Source: Campylobacteraceae bacterium
GTDB taxonomy: Bacteria > Campylobacterota > Campylobacteria > Campylobacterales > Sulfurovaceae
Assembly (NCBI GenBank): GCA_027079365.1
Contig: JALWVW010000325.1
Location: 1-40,621, forward strand
Length of the DNA stretch: 40,621 bases
Direction of reading: 5' to 3'
Shown: positions 33,441 through 40,596 of the stretch, in pieces
How positions within the stretch are numbered: position 1 is the stretch's first letter
Layout: the number at the start of each line of letters is the position of its first letter
Notes under the pieces: generated by a model
Database searches by the model: none
The model's input: only the letters and a program-made list of their open reading frames with translations
What the model was told of the DNA's origin: nothing
Translations under genes and position numbers: made by a program

Positions 33441-35321
33441 ATGAAAGTAAAATATACGGTATGGATACTACTAAGCAGCGTGGCACTAATGAGTGGATGC
33501 GGCGGGGCTGCTGCAGGAGGAGATAGGGGGAATACTGTAATTTCTGGCGGTACAGATGGGGGAAATGCAGATAACAATAATGGTTCAAATGGCAGCAAGG
33601 ATGAAGGAAGCTCTGGAAATGATGAGAACTCTGGAAATGAAGGAAACTCTGGAAAAGATGGGAGCTCTGAAGGTGATGGAGGCCCTGGAAGCGATGGGAA
33701 CTCAGAAAATGATGGAGGCTCGGGAGATACTGGGGGTAGTGGTGGAGGTGCTACGGTCTCCAATGGGTATATGCTTACTGCCTGGAATGATCTTGGTATG
33801 CACTGCATGGACGGCAATGACTTTTCTGTATTCTCGGTGCTCCCTCCCTTTAACAATCTGCATGCACAACTCAAGGATAAAAATGGAGACTTGGTTACCT
33901 CCGGTGTAACTTTGACCTATGAGTCGACAGTAGGCACAGATGGTAAAATCAATACGACCAGTGCGGATAAAACAAACTTTTGGGACTTTAGCCGTAAACT
34001 TTTCCCCCATTCTAATCTCACAGCTGATGTGGGACTGCTCGGCAACAAAACACCAGGTACAACACCGCAGGCACTTACATTCGATACCAAAGAGAAGTGG
34101 TGGAAAGCAGAAGGACTACCGCTAACACCTTACAATGATGATCTGACAAAGAACTACTATCCGCTTGTAAAAGTTACCGCAAAAGATAGCAGTGGCGCTG
34201 TACTTGCGACAGCAAAAGTCGTTCTTCCTGTGAGTGATGAACTTGATTGTAAGCGTTGCCATGCCAGTGGTGCCCCTGCGGTAAAAGCAAAGCCAAATGC
34301 TGGATGGGTGAATCGTGCAGATCCTGAAAAGGATTTCAAATTTAATGTGCTCCGCTTGCATGATGAGCGTATGCCAAATGTAGTGAAAGACCACAGTGCT
34401 GAACTCGCAGCAAAAGGATATACCTATGATCCCGCAGGGCTCGAAGCTACAGCTCAGGCAGGTACGCCTATCTTGTGTGCTGCCTGTCACAGTTCCAATG
34501 CACTGCCAGGCACAGGTGTAAGCGGTGTCAAGTCCTTCACTCAGGCGATACACAGCTATCATGCCAAAGTAGTCGATCCCTTTACAAATCTAGCGATGAA
34601 CGATAGCACCAACAGAGATTCTTGCTATGCCTGCCATCCAGGCTCTAGTACTCAGTGTCTCAGGGGTGCTATGGGTGATGCCAAGGATAGCAGTGGACAA
34701 AACAGCATGCAGTGCCAAAGCTGCCATGGTACGATCTCTCATGTGGGAGATGGACAAAGAAAAGGGTGGCTGGATGAGCCAAATTGTCAGGCTTGCCATC
34801 ATGATGGCAAGCGAGAAGTCACAGCCATTGATCCTGTCAGCAACACACTTAGAAGTGTAGTTGATACCAAGTTTGCAACCAATCTCAATACCCCGGCAAC
34901 AGGCATCAGTCTCTATAGATTCAGTACGGGGCATGGCAAACTACAGTGTGAGGCCTGTCATGGCGCCACCCATGCGATCTATCCTGCCCACAATGCTGAT
35001 AACATCCTAAGCCAAGGTGTTCAGGGGCACACAGGCACGATAGCAGAATGCACTGCTTGTCACAGTACTGTTCCCAATACTGTTACAGGAGGGCCTCATG
35101 GTATGCATCCGGTCGAACAATCGTGGGTCGGCGGTCACAAACATGTGGCAGAAAGAAATGCTGCACAGTGTAAAGTTTGTCATGGACAAAATTACAGAGG
35201 ATCCTCTTTATCCAAGATGTTTACAACACGCGCACTCTCGGTGGAGCATGGCACAAAAACCTTCTCAAAAGGACATCAGGTCTCCTGCTATGACTGCCAT
35301 AACGGTCCTAGCGGAGACTAG
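33441..35321 (+). CDS. lipoprotein multihaem cytochrome c (9 CxxCH motifs) with a haem-free N-terminal domain
   Basis: Lipobox ALMSGC, then a G/S/N/D/E-rich linker and a roughly 150-aa haem-free region (YMLTAWNDLGMHCMDGNDF...). Nine haem motifs follow: CKRCH, CAACH, CYACH, CQSCH, CQACH, CEACH, CTACH, CKVCH and CYDCH. I prefer ATG 33441, 6 nt after AGGAG, over 33435. Confidence 0.88.
   Translation: MKVKYTVWILLSSVALMSGCGGAAAGGDRGNTVISGGTDGGNADNNNGSNGSKDEGSSGNDENSGNEGNSGKDGSSEGDGGPGSDGNSENDGGSGDTGGSGGGATVSNGYMLTAWNDLGMHCMDGNDFSVFSVLPPFNNLHAQLKDKNGDLVTSGVTLTYESTVGTDGKINTTSADKTNFWDFSRKLFPHSNLTADVGLLGNKTPGTTPQALTFDTKEKWWKAEGLPLTPYNDDLTKNYYPLVKVTAKDSSGAVLATAKVVLPVSDELDCKRCHASGAPAVKAKPNAGWVNRADPEKDFKFNVLRLHDERMPNVVKDHSAELAAKGYTYDPAGLEATAQAGTPILCAACHSSNALPGTGVSGVKSFTQAIHSYHAKVVDPFTNLAMNDSTNRDSCYACHPGSSTQCLRGAMGDAKDSSGQNSMQCQSCHGTISHVGDGQRKGWLDEPNCQACHHDGKREVTAIDPVSNTLRSVVDTKFATNLNTPATGISLYRFSTGHGKLQCEACHGATHAIYPAHNADNILSQGVQGHTGTIAECTACHSTVPNTVTGGPHGMHPVEQSWVGGHKHVAERNAAQCKVCHGQNYRGSSLSKMFTTRALSVEHGTKTFSKGHQVSCYDCHNGPSGD
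33609..33734 (+). repeat. seven imperfect tandem 18-bp (hexapeptide) repeats inside the cytochrome linker
   Basis: In-frame units encode SSGNDE, NSGNEG, NSGKDG, SSEGDG, GPGSDG, NSENDG and GSGDTG. DNA units follow the pattern AACTCTGGAAATGAAGGA. Confidence 0.85.
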
Positions 35322-35398
35322 GGGGGCTGTCAGGTTGATATAGGCTGGCTTCTACTCTATGCGACCTTATGTGGCGGTTTTTTTGGGAAATATCTGTT

Positions 35399-36430
35399 TT
35401 ACAGGCTTTTCTCTGTTGCAATGAGTTCCGCTACACCATCAACCATATCCTGTACGCACTGCACCTCGGTCACACCAAGTCTTCGTTTGTTGCTGATATC
35501 GTAGATACCGCCTTCACTCTCAGAGTGCTCTCCGTGGATACCTCTGATCTGTAGGTGGTGTCTGTCGGTGATGGCTTTGAAGGCCTCCATGTCGGCTGCC
35601 AACTTGGGGAGCTTGATGTGGACGCTGGCTCTCATAGCAGTACCCAGGTTAGTGGGGCAGCTGGTGATGTAGCCCAGATGCTCAGAGTAGGAGAAGGGTA
35701 CCCGCTTCTCTATCTCGGAGATCGCGGTGGTGAGTCTAGTAAAGACCTCCAGGATATCACCGCCCTGCTGCATGGAGATGATGCGTAGCTGATCCTCCTC
35801 GTTGATCCAGACGAGAAAGGTCTTCTCGTCGTTGTGATAGATACCTCTGCCCTCTGGCCAGTCACGGTTGAGTCCGGCGGATTCCAGGAAGCGGTCTCCG
35901 GCTTTAAACAGAAAATGATCCTCAATGAGCTGTTTTCTGATCTCTTCACTCATGTCACCCAGTGAGTAGTAGCTTCCGGAGAGTGAGCCTGTGAGGCTGT
36001 TTAGCGCTGCAGAGACCTCTGACTCTACCTTGTTGCGCTGTGCTTTGGTGATCGCTGGCCCTAGAGGGAGATCAGCGACATTTCTACCCACTCTGATACG
36101 GGTAGAGAGGATATACTCTCCCTCAGGGTCAGGGTTGGGGGCTTGGAGGTCATCGGGATTGAGGTTGGACTGGTGGGTATCGCTCTGCCTAAAGCCGTGA
36201 TACGATTCTATGATCGGATCAAACAGTGTGGCAAAAAGTGTATAAGACTCCAAATCCCCTGCATAGACACCGATACCACTGTCGATGTTTTCTACGCCCG
36301 AACGGATCGCATCATCGATCGTGAAGCCGTTGACGGTGCTGCGACCTTGCAGGGCTTGGTAGATCTCTGGTGTGAGGTGTGCGCAAAGCTGAGATTTGCA
36401 TGATTTTGGAAAGTCCGGAAAGGTTCCCAT
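35399..36430 (-). CDS. arginine kinase-type phosphagen (ATP:guanidino) kinase, two-domain eukaryote-like form
   Basis: N-domain SGVENIDSGIGVYAGDLESY..LFDPIIESYHG. Catalytic domain DHFLFKAGDRFL, GRGIYHNDEKTFLVWINEEDQLRIISMQQGGD, active-site CPTNLGTAMRASVHIKLPKL, and GEHSESEGGIYDISNKRRLG. AAGGAG RBS 6 nt from the ATG. It appears monocistronic. Confidence 0.92.
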   Translation of the reverse strand: MGTFPDFPKSCKSQLCAHLTPEIYQALQGRSTVNGFTIDDAIRSGVENIDSGIGVYAGDLESYTLFATLFDPIIESYHGFRQSDTHQSNLNPDDLQAPNPDPEGEYILSTRIRVGRNVADLPLGPAITKAQRNKVESEVSAALNSLTGSLSGSYYSLGDMSEEIRKQLIEDHFLFKAGDRFLESAGLNRDWPEGRGIYHNDEKTFLVWINEEDQLRIISMQQGGDILEVFTRLTTAISEIEKRVPFSYSEHLGYITSCPTNLGTAMRASVHIKLPKLAADMEAFKAITDRHHLQIRGIHGEHSESEGGIYDISNKRRLGVTEVQCVQDMVDGVAELIATEKSL

Positions 36431-36578
36431 GGTCGACTCCTTATAATTAGTGTTGCAATAGTATAGTGCTTTTGTGAAAAGAATTGGATTAAAAAACGGT
36501 TAAACTTTTGTCTTTATACTTCGCATATAGAGTGTGTTGGAGCATACCCTAGAAAATTATTTATTAAGGAGTATACCT

Positions 36579-37139
36579 ATGTTTAGAAAAAATATCTCAT
36601 TACTATTGCTTTCATTGGCAACAGCTGCTTCTCTCCACGCGAGTGATCCTTTTATGAACGACCCATTTGGGGATGATATCTTCGGTGAAATGATGCAGAT
36701 GCAAAAAGGGATGGACAGAATGTTTGAGCGTATGCATCAGCGCATGCAGCAGAGATCCCAGGCACTGATCAGTCCTATCGGTACCTATAAAGTAGCGACC
36801 CAAAGTCAGTTTGTGGACAAAGGGGATCACTATGAGTTTCGGACAGATATTCCCGAATCCAAGGAGAATACGATCCATGTCTCAGTGAACAATCATATCC
36901 TGACGGTAGATGCAAAAGTAGTCAAAAAAGAGGAGACCAAACGTGCAGGTGTGGTCAGTTATCAGAGCTATATGAGTATGTATCAGAGAAGTCTGTCACT
37001 GCCTGCAGATGCTGATGAGTCCAGTATGAAAAATGAGTACAAGGGAGGCTATCTGACTATCAGCTTCAAGAAAAAAGCAGCATCAAAACCTGCGCAGGTC
37101 ACCAAAGTATCCAAGAAGGATACCAACCAGAGCAAATAG
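36579..37139 (+). CDS. Hsp20/alpha-crystallin family protein with predicted signal peptide
   Basis: I prefer ATG 36579 (TAAGGAG RBS). MFRKNISLLLLSLATAASLHA-SDPF looks like a Sec signal. The alpha-crystallin core reads YEFRTDIPESKENTIHVSVNNHILTVDAKV...SYQRSLSLPADADESSMKNEYKGGYLTISFKK. Confidence 0.8.
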   Translation: MFRKNISLLLLSLATAASLHASDPFMNDPFGDDIFGEMMQMQKGMDRMFERMHQRMQQRSQALISPIGTYKVATQSQFVDKGDHYEFRTDIPESKENTIHVSVNNHILTVDAKVVKKEETKRAGVVSYQSYMSMYQRSLSLPADADESSMKNEYKGGYLTISFKKKAASKPAQVTKVSKKDTNQSK

Positions 37140-37481
37140 CTACTGGTGTCGCTTTTTATATTTCAGAACCTGTGCATCATGCAGAGTGATCAGTCCCTCT
37201 TCGATCGCTGCATCATGCGCTTCAAGAAATGCCATGATCTTCTCTTCTGTCTCGATGATCTCAATGATTACTGGAAGCGTTTGAGAAAGTGCCCAGACTT
37301 CAAAGGTATGTAGCTCTGAATGCGCCCCGATACCGGCAACGCCTTTGAATACTGTAGCCCCACTAAGCCCTTCAGCTTTGGACTGATGTACCAAATACTG
37401 CCAGAGTGGTTTCCCCTCATGGGTGTCTGAATTGTCAATATAGATCCGTAATACCTTTTTCCTGCCGAGATACTGTTTCAT
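37140..37481 (-). CDS. DUF190 (PII-like fold) family protein
   Basis: LRIYIDNSDTHEGKPLWQYLVHQSKAEGLSGATVFKGVAGIG...LPVIIEIIETEEKI is the typical DUF190 pattern. It starts 10 nt downstream of the hybrid kinase stop, and its stop abuts the convergent Hsp20 stop (TAGCTA). Confidence 0.75.
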   Translation of the reverse strand: MKQYLGRKKVLRIYIDNSDTHEGKPLWQYLVHQSKAEGLSGATVFKGVAGIGAHSELHTFEVWALSQTLPVIIEIIETEEKIMAFLEAHDAAIEEGLITLHDAQVLKYKKRHQ

Positions 37482-37491
37482 GGTGACTCCT

Positions 37492-39546
37492 TTATATCGT
37501 ATGACCTGATATGCTTTCAGGCTCTGGCACGGTTTTGTGCTGTGCTATCACTTTTTCTATGGCAGCTCTTATGTTGGCTGCCTTAAAAGGTTTTTTGATC
37601 ATAAGGTCATAAAGCCTTCTCTCCTGTTCATCTATATGTGGATCACCTGTAATGGATATGGCAAAGAGGGGCACTGTGATACCCCTACTCTTTTCAAAGC
37701 TTCGATAATTTTGCATCACATCAGAGCCAGAGATAGAAGGCATATGCTTGTCAATAAAGATAGCGTCATAAGGCCGATTGTCCTTATGTGCCTCCTTGAG
37801 TAGATTGAGTGCTTCGAGGCCATCTGCTGCAGTGGTTATCTCTACAAACTCTGTTTCAAGGATAGACTTGAGTAGGGTAATATTGATCTTATTGTCATCA
37901 GCAATAAGAATCTTTTTCTTATTTTCCCAGAAGGCGGTACTGTGTACAAGATCCCCGTAATAGGTATTCTCTGAAATAATATTGTACTGAGAGAGACTTT
38001 TATTCTTGCTGAGAGAAAAGAGTGACTCTTCGATGATTAATACTTCCATACTCTTCTCTTTGGCTATTCTGAGGATCTCCGGGGAGAGTTTGTGCTGGAA
38101 GCAGTAGAGGTGCGTAGTATCCAAAGGCAGTGTGTCTGTGATCTCAATGTTTTTTTCACTCATGCCCAGTTGCAGAAGATAAGAGATGATGTTTTTGGGG
38201 TTAGTATGCTTTTTATAGTTTGTTAATAGAGTTATTTTTTTCTTGAGATTGATAAACTTTTCGTAACTTGGATTAGCATTAATGACTTCTATGGGAATAG
38301 AGAAGTGAAACCTACTTCCCTCTTCAAGCGCACTTTTTAGTTGGAGTTTTCCACCCAACTCATTGACATATTTGGCTGAGATTGAGAGACCAAGTCCTGT
38401 GCCTCCATAGTGCTCACTGGTATCTTCTTCTGCCTGCTCAAAAGCTTTAAAGATATCTTTCTGACGAGAAGGGTCTATGCCGATACCATGGTCAGAAACA
38501 GAGAGTTTTATCTTTTGCTCATTTAAATCATATTTCACTTTGAAGTTGATACGACTTCCTTTGGGAGTAAATTTATACGCATTACCTAGTAGGTTGATGA
38601 GTACTCTCTTCAGTTTGATGGTATCTATTTTGATCTCTTTGGGAAGCAACGGATCTATATAGACTAGATAGTCAATATTTTTGGCTGACATGTCAGCAGA
38701 GAAGATATTGGCTATCTGGGCAAAAAACTTAACACTATTGACTGCCAAAAGGGCGGTAGGGTGTCTTTGGTATTTCTCTTTTGCCTGCTCCAGGATAGAG
38801 TCTGTAAGGGTATTGATAAATTTTGCACTCTCTTTGGCATGCTCGATAAATTCTTTGAGGCGTTTATCTTCTGTGTGCTCTTCCATGAGTTCAAGGAAGC
38901 CATACAGACTGTTTGCCGGTGTTCTGATATCGTGGACAGTATTTGAGAGTTGAAGCATAAGTGCATCGGGAGTAGGGGTCTTTTCTGTATGAGTTTCTGC
39001 TGCTACTGTGATCGTTGTATTGAGTTTAGAGATATTAACAGGTTCAATATTCTGTTTGTCTGCTCGTAAAATGTGTATGATCTTTGCCAGAAAAATGTGC
39101 AAAGAGTTGAGGAGTTCAAGATCCATTTTCTGATAAGGTTGCTTGTACTGTATAGAGCGGGATGTGCGAACGATCCCCAGCAATTCCTCATTCTCTACAA
39201 TGGGGAGTACGATCTGAGATCTGAGCTTGAGACCCTTGGGGTTGTCTACATGTTGTGCATAGTTTTTCTCACTGGCAAGATGGTTATATATAGCAGCAGA
39301 CTTTGTCAAAAATGCCTCTCCCAGAATGCCTCTTGGATTGATCATGGTATATACGCTACCGCTACTCTTATCAAAGAGTGTCTGTTGATCTGGATCAAAT
39401 ATTAAAAGTGCTGCATGGTCAGAGTGGCTGAAATCCTGTAACAGTTTTTCAATGATTTGAGCAATCTCTTTTGGATCATCTGTCTGAGAAATGAGATTCA
39501 TGGAAGCGGTGAGACTCTGAATAAGTATTGATGATGTATTTTTCAA
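37492..39546 (-). CDS. cytoplasmic hybrid sensor histidine kinase: GAF, HisKA, HATPase, degenerate middle domain, receiver
   Basis: GAF-like N-terminus (HAALLIFDPDQQTL...IVLPIVENEELLGIVR), H-box VHDIRTPANSLYGFLELM, N-box LINLLGNAYKFTP, GGTGLGLSISAKYV, and C-terminal receiver ILIADDNKINI...AIFIDKHMPSISG. No TM segments were seen. The listed start is TTG; an alternative ATG lies at 39501. Confidence 0.88.
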   Translation of the reverse strand: MKNTSSILIQSLTASMNLISQTDDPKEIAQIIEKLLQDFSHSDHAALLIFDPDQQTLFDKSSGSVYTMINPRGILGEAFLTKSAAIYNHLASEKNYAQHVDNPKGLKLRSQIVLPIVENEELLGIVRTSRSIQYKQPYQKMDLELLNSLHIFLAKIIHILRADKQNIEPVNISKLNTTITVAAETHTEKTPTPDALMLQLSNTVHDIRTPANSLYGFLELMEEHTEDKRLKEFIEHAKESAKFINTLTDSILEQAKEKYQRHPTALLAVNSVKFFAQIANIFSADMSAKNIDYLVYIDPLLPKEIKIDTIKLKRVLINLLGNAYKFTPKGSRINFKVKYDLNEQKIKLSVSDHGIGIDPSRQKDIFKAFEQAEEDTSEHYGGTGLGLSISAKYVNELGGKLQLKSALEEGSRFHFSIPIEVINANPSYEKFINLKKKITLLTNYKKHTNPKNIISYLLQLGMSEKNIEITDTLPLDTTHLYCFQHKLSPEILRIAKEKSMEVLIIEESLFSLSKNKSLSQYNIISENTYYGDLVHSTAFWENKKKILIADDNKINITLLKSILETEFVEITTAADGLEALNLLKEAHKDNRPYDAIFIDKHMPSISGSDVMQNYRSFEKSRGITVPLFAISITGDPHIDEQERRLYDLMIKKPFKAANIRAAIEKVIAQHKTVPEPESISGHTI

Positions 39547-39609
39547 AAAAGAAAACCCCCAGTTAATGTAAATAATGTATCAGTGCTGAAATTATACTGT
39601 AACATCTCT

Positions 39610-39640
39610 TTGACAATTTTGACAAAAATACCGATATAAT
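39610..39640 (+). promoter_or_regulatory. sigma70-like promoter candidate: TTGACA, 19-nt spacer, TATAAT
   Basis: ctcTTGACAattttgacaaaaataccgaTATAATgc lies 52 nt upstream of ATG 39693. The spacer is 2 nt longer than optimal. It also contains the direct repeat TTTGACAA/TTTTGACAA. Confidence 0.4.
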
Positions 39641-39692
39641 GCTGTTTTTATTAAAAGAATATAGATGAAAATCAATAAAGAAGGGTTCTAGA

Positions 39693-40193
39693 ATGAATAA
39701 AGAACATGTACTGAAAAATGTAGATATCGTCGTCTCAAAAGGTAATGCTGAAGGGGATATTACCTATGCAAATCCTATTTTTGTGAAGCTGTCAGGATAT
39801 TCAATGGGTGAACTGCTGGATAAGCCACATTCTATTTTGCGACATCCGGATATGCCGAAACTTATATTTAAATTCTTGTGGGATAACCTCAAGGCAGGCA
39901 ATGATGTGATAGCTTTCGTGAAGAATCTCTCCAAAGATAATAGTTTTTACTGGGTGCTGGCACATGTACGCGTGGCTAAGAACCCTGATGGATCATTCCG
40001 AAACTATGTTTCCACCAGAAGAATGGTTACCGGTGGTGCAAGAGCAGTGATTGAGCCACTGTATGCCAAGATGCTGGAGGCAGAGAAAGAAGAAGGCATG
40101 AGTGGATCACTGAAAGTGCTAGAAGCGTTTTTGTCAGGCAACGGTGCTTCCCTGGCAACTTTTAATGAAACAATGAAAAAACTTAACAGCTAA
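39693..40193 (+). CDS. stand-alone Aer/CetB-like PAS domain protein (probable FAD-binding redox/energy sensor)
   Basis: GDITYANPIFVKLSGYSMGELLDKPHSILRHPDMPKLIFKFLWDNLKAGNDVIAFVKNLSKDNSFYWVLAHV parallels the E. coli Aer PAS region as I recall it (YITHANDTFVQVSGYTLQELQGQPHNMVRHPDMPKAAFADMWFTLKKGEPWSGIVKNRRKNGDHYWVRANA). There is no TM or output domain. Confidence 0.8.
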   Translation: MNKEHVLKNVDIVVSKGNAEGDITYANPIFVKLSGYSMGELLDKPHSILRHPDMPKLIFKFLWDNLKAGNDVIAFVKNLSKDNSFYWVLAHVRVAKNPDGSFRNYVSTRRMVTGGARAVIEPLYAKMLEAEKEEGMSGSLKVLEAFLSGNGASLATFNETMKKLNS

Positions 40194-40206
40194 GAAGGAG
40201 TATGTA

Positions 40207-40596
40207 ATGATTAATTTTGAAGAGTCAATGAAAAAACTACGATCAGTGAGTGGCTACCTGGGGTCTGCCGTATTGAATTTTGCAGGAGAAACCCTCTATA
40301 TGGATGAGGAGAATACCGGAGTTGATATCGCTTATTCGGCCAGTATCTTCAATGATGCATTCAGGGCCATTTCGGAGGCTTCACTTGATGTGGGGTTTGC
40401 CGATGCAGCCTTTGTGGAGACCAAGACACACGATGGGCATGTATTTCTTATCAACTCTGCAGGAGATCAAGAGGGCGATAATTTTTCCAAACTCAATGTA
40501 TTTGCTATTTTTAGAGATGATGGCAATATCGCTTTGGCAAAAATGATTATAGAGCGTACTTCCCATCGTATGTCAGAGGAGATAGGCAGTCTCTAG
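40207..40596 (+). CDS. Roadblock/LC7 (MglB-like) domain protein
   Basis: 129 aa. SVSGYLGSAVLNFAGETLYMDE...ASIFNDAFRAISEASLDVGFADAAFVETKTHDGHVFLINS...LNVFAIFRDDGNIALAKMIIE fits the Robl/LC7 alpha-beta-alpha pattern. AGGAG RBS; it starts 14 nt after the PAS gene. Confidence 0.65.
   Translation: MINFEESMKKLRSVSGYLGSAVLNFAGETLYMDEENTGVDIAYSASIFNDAFRAISEASLDVGFADAAFVETKTHDGHVFLINSAGDQEGDNFSKLNVFAIFRDDGNIALAKMIIERTSHRMSEEIGSL

Noticed and set aside
35322-35398. Bidirectional intrinsic terminator between the multihaem cytochrome and arginine kinase genes (T7 run at 35368-35374)
   Set aside because: I could not find a stable GC-rich stem preceding the T-run on either strand. A T-run alone is not sufficient evidence.
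36441-36475. CIRCE/HrcA-like operator upstream of the Hsp20 gene (TTAGTGTTG-n9-AGTGCTTTT)
   Set aside because: Only half-site resemblance to TTAGCACTC-n9-GAGTGCTAA is present, and the two arms are not inverted repeats of each other. No HAIR (HspR) motif was seen either.
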